The notes under the pieces are model-generated. The model was not told where the DNA came from and did not search any database. It worked only from the letters and a program-made list of their open reading frames with translations. DNA of 64,000 nucleotides from the human T2T-CHM13v2.0 reference genome, Homo sapiens. A program made the position numbers and the translations under genes. The stretch lies in the NCBI RefSeq assembly GCF_009914755.1, contig NC_060946.1. One strand, 5' to 3'. Positions 1 to 11,126 of the stretch are shown here, piece after piece (the first letter of the stretch is position 1; each line of letters begins with the position of its first letter).

Positions 1-1042
1 CTTGGCCAGGTCCCTCGTCGCGGGAGGACATTACGAACACGCCTCCTTTGAAACATCACCTGAAGACTGAATCATTTCGTCCCTTATTTTAGCCAATATC
101 TCAAAACCCTGGAAAAGAGTTCTAATCAATAGGCTGTGAGGATGATGAAAACCTATTACCAGGAAAGAAACACATTATTAGGGAGATCAAAGGATAATAG
201 GGCTCTAAGCAGAAGAGGTGGGGGGTGTCCGGGCCTCACCGGGTTGATGTGGATGAGTGAGCCCTGTTCTTTTCTTCCTTTGAGAGGATCACATGTTTAA
301 GTGGACTCTCTTTTATGTACATTTTCTTCCATTTATGTCTCTGAAGATGAAATCAAGAATTTTCATTACATTATGTATATGCAAGTCTGTAGAACCCATA
401 AGCATAAGAACATCGGAGTGGATTTTTTTGTTTGCTTCTTTTGTTTTTTGCCTTTTGGCTCACAGATGTGTGAGGACGTCTGCCTGCCTTCCAGAGCTCT
501 GTGCGTGAGGACACAGGGACAGACCCAGCCGTTCTGCATGGCTGCACCCTGATGGCGTCCACTCCACATCCTCCAGAGTGTGGAGGGAACAGGGTGGGCC
601 AGCAGCAACCCCATACTCAGAGCGTGCTGTGCCAGGGTCTTCCTCCTGGCTCTCCCATGCAGCTCCATCCCACAGCCTCAAAACTAGGGATTCTCAAAAG
701 CCCCCCGCAGGATCTAGAGATAAGCAAGCTTGGGTCTTCCTTGTTCCTGAAGGAGGGGTGCAGAATTCACGTCAGAACTGGGCTTCTCAGCCCATCAGCT
801 TGAGCTCCTGGTAGAAGACTTCAGACCCCAGATCACCAAATTCTAGGAGGGGTTGGGGTGGGAATATCGATTAACGGAGGACAGGAAGAGGAAGGAGGCC
901 TCATCTTCCCTGAGAGATTGGACAGGGTTTGCCAGAGAAGGGGATGCTTTCTAGAACACTGAGCAGGGAAACAGAGTTCTGGAGGGAGGAATGAATTTCC
1001 AGGTTCACCACCTGGGCCATGGCTGGACTGATGCTTAGAGAA

Positions 1043-1552
<510 letters not shown>

Positions 1553-1729
1553 CACCTGTGGCTGCTACGCCCAGCTCTTCGTCTCACCGGTCGTTCATTT
1601 ATTCACAAATGAACTCATTTGCTTACAAAAGTTCTATAATTTGCTAGGCACAGGGCCAGATTGGGGAGGAAGGCGGGGTCCCTCTCCCTGCTTACGTTCT
1701 GCTGTTGATGGTCCATCAGAGCATTTGTC

Positions 1730-2353
1730 TCTCACTGTGCATTACACATCAGGATCACCTGGAGGTCTTGTGCTGTTGGCAGGACAATGGGCTTCCAAAA
1801 ATGTCCAAGTCCTAATCCCTGGATCTTGTGAACATGTGACCTTACGTAGCAAAGGGGACTTTGCAGATGTGATTCAGTCAAGGACTTTGAGATGGGAAGA
1901 TTACCCGGGTGCGCCCACCCTAATCACACGGGTCCTTACGTGGGTCAGATGACGATGTGACAATGGAAGGTCAGAAGACGCGAGGCTGCTGGCTTTGAAG
2001 GTGGAGGAAGGTCCGTGGGCCAAGGAAGTTAAAAAAACACGAGGAAACGACTTCTCCCTTACAGCATCCAGCAAGAAACGCAGCCTCCCAACACCTTGGT
2101 CTTAGCCCAGTGGGATCCCAGCCTACACAACTGTAAGGTGATGAGCGCGTGCACTCTGCAGTCACTGAGTTTGTGGTCATCTGCTCCAGCAGCTGCAGAA
2201 AATGCAGCCTGTTAAAGTAGATTCCTGGGCCCCAGCACCTGACTTCTGAATTCTATAGACCGCAGAGGGGCCTGAGAATCTGCATTTCTAGCACACTACA
2301 AGGTGGGACTGATGCTGCTGGCCTGGGACTCCCCTTTGAGAACCTCAACCTAG
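1730..2353. mobile_element. MER5A-like hAT-Charlie element split by an MLT1 LTR
   Basis: CAGGATCACCTGGAG before the LTR; GATTCCTGGGCCCC..GGCCTGAGAATCTGCATTTCTA..GATGCTGCTGG..TTTGAGAAC after it. Confidence 0.65.
1774..2207 (+). mobile_element. MLT1C/D-type MaLR solo LTR
   Basis: GTCCTAATCCCTGGA..TGTGAACATGTGACCTTAC..GACTTTGCAGATGTGATT..GAGATGGGAAGATTA are typical MLT1 motifs. Confidence 0.8.
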
Positions 2354-5300
2354 AACAAAGATGGTAGAAAGGGGCAGCTATGCTCCGTTGTGCAGGGGAC
2401 GGAGGGGATGACGATCCTGTTCTTGGCTGACAGCGGCCCTTCTAATGGTGGGGTTGGGATTCAGAGTCCCTTGCATGCATGATATGGAAGGGCTGCTGCA
2501 GGGCCCAGGCTGGGACACTCAGTCCCTCCAGGTACCAGAGGGCCTTGTAGGGACCATCTCGTTTTCCAGCCTCATTTGCAGACATGGCCCCTGAGTCCAG
2601 AGAGTGGGAGGGACTTATCCGGGGCCCCCTGGACAGGCGGTGCCAGTGTCTGCACCAGAGCCTGAGTGATTTCATTCCAGGGACTTTTTCTAGGCCTCCA
2701 GCAAGAGAGAACGGAGGTCCAGGTATGCAGGGAGAGAGAGTACAGGGAGCCTGAGCGCTGAGGACCCCACAGCCTGCGATGTCTCGGCCACATCACAGGC
2801 AGAAAGCGCACGGTGGGTGGAAGGAAGGCTCTCATTGTGCCTCAGGATCCCTGGCAGCTCTGGCACGGTCACCCGTAGCTGGGACACAGCTCAGCCTCCA
2901 GTCCCAGCCCTGCCTGACGTGTAATGATGGTCGAGAGCAAGCAGAGAAGTGGCAGCAATTTGTAAATCATTATGCCCCGTGAGAAGCCCAGGCTCCCAGA
3001 GGGAGTGAGCTGCCCAAGGCCAGGCAGTGGCAGGTGGTGAAGCTGGGGGCGTCACTTGGGCCACCTGTCCCACATCTGGCCTTCCCGCCCATCCCAGCAG
3101 CCCTCGGACGGTGACAGGGAGGACAGGCTTGGCTGCAGCCGCACACATTTCATTCTCATCTCCTGCCGATCTCATTCCCTCCCCTGCTGGGCGCTCCTGG
3201 CAGTGAATTTATATATAACACGGTGCCCGCCCCTCCCAGCCCATTCCAGGAGAAGCCTCTTTGAAGGCAAAATAGCTTCCAGAATGATCGTTCACTAAGA
3301 GACATTCGTCAGTGAGATGTCTTCCATAAAACTGAAATATCAGGAAATCGCACGCACGTGGGCCAGGAGCTGGGTAGCGGCTGTTTCAGCCCAGAACATG
3401 GGCCACGCAGAATACAAGCGACTGTTTTTGATAAATTAGACCCCAGTTTACACTGTTACTTGCTTGTTGGAGAGAGTGAAATGGCCATTCAATCAACATC
3501 CTGGCTCCCAGGAAGGCAGGGACAGTGGCCTCATCCCCAATCAGTCACCAGCACAGCTGCAGGCCGGCTGTCGGAAGGGCCTGGGCCCACTCCTGGCGCC
3601 CCAGGGAGAGCCGGGCTTGAAACAGCGAGTCAAGGTGACAAATGGCGCCTGGGAAGTTTCCAATCATGGGAATGGGGCCCATGTACCAGAGCCCATCCCT
3701 AGCCTACCTGCTTGGCCCTTGGCCTTCCTTGGAGGATCTCCTGGCCGGGGAGAAGGGCCGCTGGCTGGTGCAGGCAGCCGAGACATGCCTGTCCTCTAGG
3801 AGGAGGCAGCCACGTCCATCAGGCCCTGAGCCTTGCTTGAGCACTCATGAGGGCTGTGATGGGAGACGGGGTGGATAAGGAGGGTGGCTGTAATCTGCGC
3901 CTCCTGAGCAGTTCGGGGCGATGTGCTTTGTCTCCTACAAGCCTGAGATCTCCTTTGACCACCCTGCAGAAAATGAAACCGCATCTCCAGGCTCATCACC
4001 TGCCTGAGGCCACATCTGGGTCTGGAGGGAACTCTGGGATCCAAACCCAGGTGTCCTTCTTGAATTAGCAGCCAAACCCCTAAACGGCCCGGCCTCGGCT
4101 GGCCCGCACTTCAGTTATGATCTAAGTCATGAACGTGGTCGCAGAACTGGATCTAGATCTAACAACAGCAGGTTCAACAGCCCATATTTGTGAACACTTC
4201 CCGGTGGGACAGTCTCTGCTGAGCACTTGGCTGCATTCACCCCACTCAGTCCTGTCGAGACGGGGACTCCTGTTAGGCTGGAGAAGCAGCCAGGCTCGGC
4301 ACAGTCGATGAACTCGCCCTGGCCAGGGGTAAGTGGGCAGCAGAGTCAGGCTGGGGACCAGGTCTGATGATAGAAATGTCTCTGTGTTTGGCCACTGCAC
4401 CTTCTGCTGCCGGTAGGCCCCAGACTCCCAGGTGGGGACGACTGAGCCCCTCTGCCAGGTAGAGATTTCCATCTGCGGTGGTGGGAAGGGCTGTGAGGAC
4501 CCCAGTGCACCCACCCAGAGCTCCCGAGGGTGCAGACACGGGACCCGTGCCAAGGGTTGCTCCTTAACAAGGTGGCTCCAGACACGAAGTCGGTACCTGG
4601 TGAGCTGCTCTCACCTCTGATTTTGAACATGCTTTATAGACATCAGTTAAGTATTGATTGATAAACGAATGCATTAAGATCCTGAGAAATGACTCCGGGC
4701 ACAGAAGTAATGACTTGTTACGGTGAAAAATACAGCTTGGAGGCACAGTGATTTCTCGCCCATCGATGGCCCTCGGTTCTGTACTTGCTCTGGGCAGGAA
4801 ATAAAAACAGGCGGGAGCAGGATTGGCTGAGACCTGCAGAGATGGGATTTTGAGTTCTGAAGAGCAACTGGACCTGTGGAGTAGAGGAGAGTAGCCTCCA
4901 GCTGCTGACCAGCCGCTGATCGGATGCTGCACTGCGGCAGAACGGCCTCTGCCTTCTGTGCCTCTTGCCTCTGCCCACTCCTGCTTTGCTGGTGACCCCT
5001 CTTCTGCCAGCCTGGCAACCCCTTTCTGCCAGCCTGTCTGAGGGTGAGCCTGCCCTAGGCTGCCCAGTTCTCTGCCCTTGTCCCTCCATACCCACCATCT
5101 CCCCGTCCCGTCTTCGCCCTGCCTCCCTGCAGCGACCCTTGATGGAGAGGGTCCAGCCTGGCCACCCTGCCCTCTGCCCTCCATACTCCCACCCACCAGA
5201 GCACCATCTTCCTGGAGTCCACGTCTTGCTCCCTGTGGTTCCCCGGGCATTTCCACCCAGCGTTCATTCCAGGCTCGCCCTACCTCCCTGTCCTGTCTCA

Positions 5301-5543
5301 GATGAGAGCCTGGGAGCCACTGGCGGCTGTTGATGTCTGCCTGCCCGTCCCTCCCTCCCTCCTCCCGTGGTCAGGGACCCCTCAAGTGCATATTAGTTCA
5401 ACACCACGCCCCTCGAGGGGTGCTGTGCCGTGCACTCCACAGGCAGTGGCAAGGGGGTGGGGGTGCACAGTGAGGGACCCAAGCTCTCCCGGTGGCAAAT
5501 GACCTAATCACAGGAACCTGTGGGAGCCTGTGGGAGAAGCAGC

Positions 5544-5704
5544 CACAGACGTGATCGGAGCGACTGCGGTGGGGCAGCCCCCAAATAAGGACTCACAGAC
5601 GTGGTCGGAGCAACTGCGGTGGGGCAGCCCCCAAATAAGGACTCACAGACGTGATCAGAGTGACTTGTGGGTGAAGTGCCCGAATAAGGACTCATGACAC
5701 GATC
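5544..5704. repeat. 50-bp tandem repeat, about 3 copies
   Basis: Unit CACAGACGTGATCGGAGCGACTGCGGTGGGGCAGCCCCCAAATAAGGACT starts at 5544, 5594 and 5644 (third copy diverged). Confidence 0.9.
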
Positions 5705-7294
5705 TCCACTCCCCATGGAGTCTCCGCAGGACACACAGGCGGTCAGGCTGAGCTCCCAGGAGGTGAAATGGCCCTGCTTACACTGGCCATGGCCTCCCTC
5801 CTTCCTGCCTTGCCAGCCCCTCGCCGGCCTGGGGTCCCCACACATGTCTGCTGGCACAGCCCTGTCCCCTCTGAACTCCCTTTTTCTTCCTTTCTGTTGA
5901 CTCAGTGCCCCCTTCCGCCTGGGCCGTGCAAGGACCCTGGGCTCTGTCCTCTCACCTCCTCCCGGTCTGTCTCTAGCTCCCATGGTGATGTCTTTGTTGG
6001 GTGGAAGCCAGCCTTCTGGGGTGAACCTAGGTCCTTGCTGCCCCAGTGTCTGGTTACTCTTTGCTGGACACATCCACCTACATTTTCCTGGGACATCCTT
6101 CCCCCCACTTCTGGTCCCTGAAGCTGGGGAAACACCTTTCCTGGCAGGTGAGGCCTGAGTGATTTAGACCCGAGCAGCTCTGGACATTACACTCCTCCAG
6201 CCACACAGAGATGGACGTGAGGACTGGGTACACAGAGGGGACACACGGAAATGTTGGCCAGGGCCCTGGCTTTCCCTCTGAACTTGTCACTGAGAGGACA
6301 GAAAGTCTCTGGCTCCTGCTACCATCTTGTCAGTAGAGGGCACCCAGACACCCTACACTGGAAGCTGGAAAGACAGCGTGTGTGCCTCCATCAAGCCATA
6401 CCTGAAGCCTGGTCTGCACTTGGACTTGTCACTTCTGTGGGTTGACAAAGGCCCTTTTGCCTCAGTGAGTTCTCAATTGCACCTGTACGAGTATCAGTTA
6501 GTATAGGCCACCTAAACCACAGACTTGCAGGCTGGGAAGGAGGCTTACCTCCTCCACCTGCCTTCCAGAAGTACCTCCCCAGCTGAGGCACAGCTCCAGG
6601 GAAGGGCCGGTGGGGATAGACCATGGGTCAGGACTGCCTTGGGTCAGGACCTGGGATCTTGCTGCAGCTCTGCTGACCTGTAGAGAAATGCCTGGCCTGT
6701 GCAGGCTCCCAGCAACCATGCTGCAGAAGTGGGTCTGGCCCATCTTGAAGACTCTCTTCTGCTGTGGCATTTCCTGGTGCTGGAGGAGTGAGTGTCAGCT
6801 GGTGCTCTCTGTCTGGTCTGAAAGGTTGATATGAATTGTGCACTTGATTTTGGCAGTTGACTGTGCTGATTCTCCAGCCCTAATTATAATGAGCATGAGC
6901 ATGAATGTCTTGAAATATAGACGCATACGAGCTGCCAAATACGGTGAGTCATCATATTCCCAACTTTCAGGCAAGCTTAGGTGCCAGGGGAAGCGACCTA
7001 TACATCAAAGAGATGAAGTCCTGGTTTCTGCGGGCGGGGGCGGGGAGAGGGCTGGGGAGCTGTTGGCTCTGGGGTGGGAGCGCATATTCCTGTCTGTCAG
7101 ATCAGAGGATGCCTGAGAGGTGACAGAGATGGGGCTTTTTAGTCCTGTGAAATTCGAGATAGGCCTGACAAATCATCTTAATAAAAAGTTCTCTGAAGAG
7201 AATAATTGGGGGAATTGGGTGGAGTCCTGGCAGCTCCCACAGGTTGGCAGGTGCCGAGGGACAGGCGACACTACCACCCCACGGGGAGTGCAGG

Positions 7295-8360
7295 CACGTG
7301 TGCGTGAGCGTGAACACGTGTGTAAATGTGTGTGTAGTTAGTGTGTGCATGTGAGTGTGCATGTTGTGAGGATGTGTGTGTGAAGGGTGTTTGTATGTGA
7401 ACGTGTGTGTGTTAGTGTGTGCATGTGAGCTTGTGTGTTGGGTGTGTGTGGAGGGTATATAAGTGTGTGTTAGTGTAAGCATGCATGTTGTGGGGGTGTG
7501 TGTGTGGGTGGAGGGTGTACAAGCCTGCATGAATGTGTATGTGAACATGTTAGTGTGTGCATGTGTGTGTGTTGTGGCGGTGTATGAGTGTGTGTGGAGG
7601 GTGTATAAGTGTGCATGAGTGCATGTGTGTGTTTTGTGGGGTATATGTGTGTGGAGGGTGTATAAATGTGCATGAGTGTGTATATGAACATGTGTTAATG
7701 TGTGCATGTGAGTGTGTGTTGGGGTGTGTGAGTTGAGGGTTTATAAGCGTGCATGAGTGTGTGTATGGACATGTGTGTTAGTGTGCATGTGAGCGTGTGT
7801 GTGGACGGTGTGTAAGTGTGCATGTGTGTGCAAACATGTGTGTTAGTGTGTGCATGTGTGCATTGTGGGAGTGTGTGTGGAGGGTGTGTGTGAACGTGTG
7901 TGTAGTGTGTGCATGTAAGCGTGCATGTTTGTGAGTGTGTGAAGGGTGTATAAGTGCATGAGTGTGTGTATGCGAACATGTGTGTGTTAGTGTGTGCATG
8001 TGAGCGTGTGTGTTGTGGGGGGTATGTGTGTGGAGGGTGTGTGTATGTGAACGTGTGTGTAGTGTGTGCATGTAAGCGTTGGTGTTGGGTGTGTGTGGAG
8101 GGTGTGTAAGTGTGCGTGTGTGTATGTGAACGTGTGTGTTAGTGTGTGCATGTGAGCGTGTGTGTTGTGGGAGTGTGTGAGTGTGTGGAGGGTGTATAAG
8201 TGTGCATAAGCATGTGTGACCGTGTGTGTGACTGAGCTTGTGTGGCCCTGCACAGTTGTGTGTGCTTGTGTGCTTTTGCATGTGCAGGCATGTCTGCAGG
8301 TGCCGTGTGTGTGCTCACCAGGGACTGGCCCATGGGTGCATGTGCATGTGTGTGATGTGG
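7295..8360. repeat. ~1 kb (TG)-rich low-complexity array with cryptic minisatellite units
   Basis: Continuous TG/TGCATG sequence with a recurring G(A/G)AGGGTGT anchor. Confidence 0.95.
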
Positions 8361-10570
8361 GTGTCCAATGTTGGGGAGACTCTGGACGCACTGACCCTTC
8401 TGTGGGCTTCTGCGCGGCAGCCTAGACTGTGGGTGTGCCTAAATAGGTGAGGAGGGCTTCATGCACAAGCTGCCTGTGAAGGTGTCTGGAGCTGGGGCCC
8501 CCCAGTCAACACCAGGGTCCTGGGAGGGCCAACAGGGCCACGGCTCCCCTCCCCAACTCACAGCTGTGTCCTGTGAGGCTGCTGCACGGCTGGCTGTCCC
8601 GTCCACCTTCCTTTGTCCAGCCTGTGTCTTCTCCGCTCTTGCTTGGTGAAACCTGCAAGGCCCATGGGAGCTCCGCCTTCTCCATGACGTCTTGTCTACA
8701 AGTCCCGCAGGCCTCTCTGCAGCCCGGCCACGGTGCTTGGCGTCCTACCAGGCGCTCTCCCACTCTGCTGTAACAGGGCCCCTTGTTTGCGGGGCTCCCC
8801 CTGTGTGCCTGTCCATCACCTCCCACAGGGCAGGGTCAGCCAGCACCTGGCACGGAACAGTGTGCACTGCAGCGTCCATGCTGAGGACGGACCTCGCTCT
8901 CACACCCTCCAGATGGCGGCGTGTTTTGAGGACTTGGATCTCAGCCATCCCTGAGGCAAGGGGGGCTTTGTCACTCTGAACGGGGGAGGTTTCTCCCTCC
9001 TCCCGCCCAGCTCTCCAAGTGACCCTGGGCAGGTCCTTCCTTGGGGTCGCCTCTGTAGGATTGAGCTGGATCCTCCCTGAGTTCCGTCTCAGAGAAGCTG
9101 GGTTATGCCTCAAATTTCCCCTGGAGCTTTCCAGAGCCCCTGGATCCTGCCAGTGTCACCCCCAACAGTGGCCAGAAGGCGGAATGAGAGTCCTGCTGTA
9201 GTTCCTGGGCCCGATATTTCAGGAGATTCTGGGCAAACCCCACAGCCCTCACCTCATTCCTCTCAGCCCCAATGGGGCATGAATCCTCCCAGCTGGACCA
9301 CAGAGCCATCGGCAGCTCAGATTGCTGAGCCAGCCCCCACGGAGCCAGGGAGGAATCCGGCAGCCAGTTCCAGCCCTGAGGAGGATGAGGGGCAGGCTCA
9401 TGGAAGGATGGAAGGATGGAAGAGAAAGGAGGGAAGGGGAGCTGGGCTCTGGGGCTTTTGGCTTCTGCAGCCATTTGGACAGAGGTGAGAAAACTCAGAG
9501 GAGAACAGCGTGGTGTGGGGTCAGTGGTCCACTTTGGGGCATTGCATGGAGACTGACAGGTGTGTACCCCAATCCTCAACCCCCTTCTTCTTCAGCCACA
9601 GAGGTGGCCAGGTGCCATGTCTAAGAACTACTCTGCCAGCTCCCTTTTCAGAGGGTGGCAGCTATAGAGAAATCAGCAGAGCCATGGGTGGGGAAGGGGT
9701 GTCTGGGCAAAGCCCCCTGGGGGCTGACCAGGCAGGACCAGCCCCCTCTGCCTTCTGGTCTCACCTTCTTCCTGCTGCCCGGAGCAAGAATGCGACTGCT
9801 GCAGCTGGTGACCAGCGGTGACATGGACAATGGCCCATGTGAAAAAGGTCAGAACAGAAAAGATGGACACAGCCTGGTCCTGGTGACCATGGAGTGGCCA
9901 AATCAGTCTCTGACAGCTGGTCCCAGACTTTTTTACAAAAAGAAAAATGAACCTCTCTGCAATTCAAGCCCTTGCATTGCACCTCAATCTAATTGCACCT
10001 GATACAGACCTGTTCCTTTGGAGGGCCTTGGGACACATGGAGGGGGTCCATCGCAGACAGGACCACCGGGAGGTGGAGAGGCTAAGATGCTAGCAAAGGG
10101 CAGACCTGTAAGAGAGAGCCCTGGAGGGTGGGTGACAGCAAAGCTGACAGAGGGGGTCTTTTAGGAAAAGCCGTGGGATGCTGCATGTCACAGGAGAGCA
10201 GACGGCCTGCTGGATTTGGAGACACTCAGGTCAGGGCCTGACTTAGGACAACTTTGGGCTGTGAGGTAAGAACCTGGGGCATAGTACTTGGTTATCAAGG
10301 GGAGGGAAGGAGCCTACAGTCCCTGTGAAAACGCTTTTGAGAGAGGGGAAGGAGCTGGGAGGCTCTGACGTAAAGATACTGAAGAGCAGCCTTGGAAGCC
10401 CACAGAAAACGCGAGCTTTTAGAAAACAAGAAGGAAGGCTGGTGCAGAGGGTGGGTCCGGGGCACCGCAGCGGGATTGGCCTCTGGTCGGAGGGAACTTG
10501 CGGTAGGGAAGGCAGGGGAGGGGAAGATGTGAGTGGGTTTGTACATGCACTGCTGTGAGATGAGAGGGTT

Positions 10571-11058
10571 TGCATTAGTCAGGGTTCTGCAGAGAAACAG
10601 AGCCAATAGGATACACGTACATAGGAAGAGATTCGTAAGGAGACACTTCGTGCAATTCTGGAGGCTGAGAAGTCCCACGATCTGCTGTCCGCAAGCCGGA
10701 CACCCAGGAATGCTGGCAGTGCAAGTTCCAAGACCTGAGGGCCGGGATCCAATGGAGTGGACGCCAGTCAGAGTCTGAATCCCTGAGAACCAGGAGTACC
10801 AACGGCCAGAGGGAACGGATGTCTGCCTTGGGTCAGGCAGAGAGAATCCAAACGCCCTCCACCTTTTTGTCCTGTTCCGGCTTCCACAGATTGGACGAGG
10901 CCCACCCACCTTGGGGAGGGGCCAGCTGCTGTATTCAGTCCGCCATTGCAAACACGAAGCTCTTCCAGAAACGCCCTCACAGACACCCCGGAAGTCACGT
11001 ACCCACTCTGTAGGTGCCCCGGGGCACAGGCAAGCGGACGAGCCAGTTATCCCTCAGA
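10571..11058 (-). mobile_element. MLT2 (ERV-L) solo LTR, MLT2B/C-like, reverse orientation
   Basis: Starts TGCATTAGTCAGGGTTCTGCAGAGAAACAGAGCCAATAGGA (reverse complement of the MLT2 3' end); contains CCACCTTTTTGT and TTCCAGAAACGCCCTCACAGACAC; ends AGTTATCCCTCAGA (diverged MLT2 5' end). Confidence 0.85.
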
Positions 11059-11126
11059 GCTCCTGCTGCCTCGCCCGCTTTCTCTCGGAAACGTGAAGTG
11101 TGGCCTCAGCTGAAAGTGAGGTGAGC
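10900..11126 (+). promoter_or_regulatory. Putative LTR-derived promoter and first exon ending at a 5' splice site
   Basis: CpG-dense relative to flanks; ETS site CCGGAAGT abutting CACGT (~10988-11000); donor GAG|GTGAGC at 11120/11121. Confidence 0.6.

Noticed and set aside
1-80. Minus-strand exon starting at 59 (TCTTCAG|GTGATG)
   Set aside because: Weak polypyrimidine tract, truncated by the window edge, peptide not recognised
4564-6121. 230-aa and 189-aa minus-strand ORFs
   Set aside because: No recognisable domain, overlapping ORFs on both strands, and expected by chance in GC-rich DNA
7102-8391. His/Thr-rich ORFs (also 26364-27371)
   Set aside because: Translations of TG/CA low-complexity DNA that lacks stop codons
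10295-10951. 218-aa minus-strand ORF
   Set aside because: Mostly runs through the MLT2 LTR; no homology recognised
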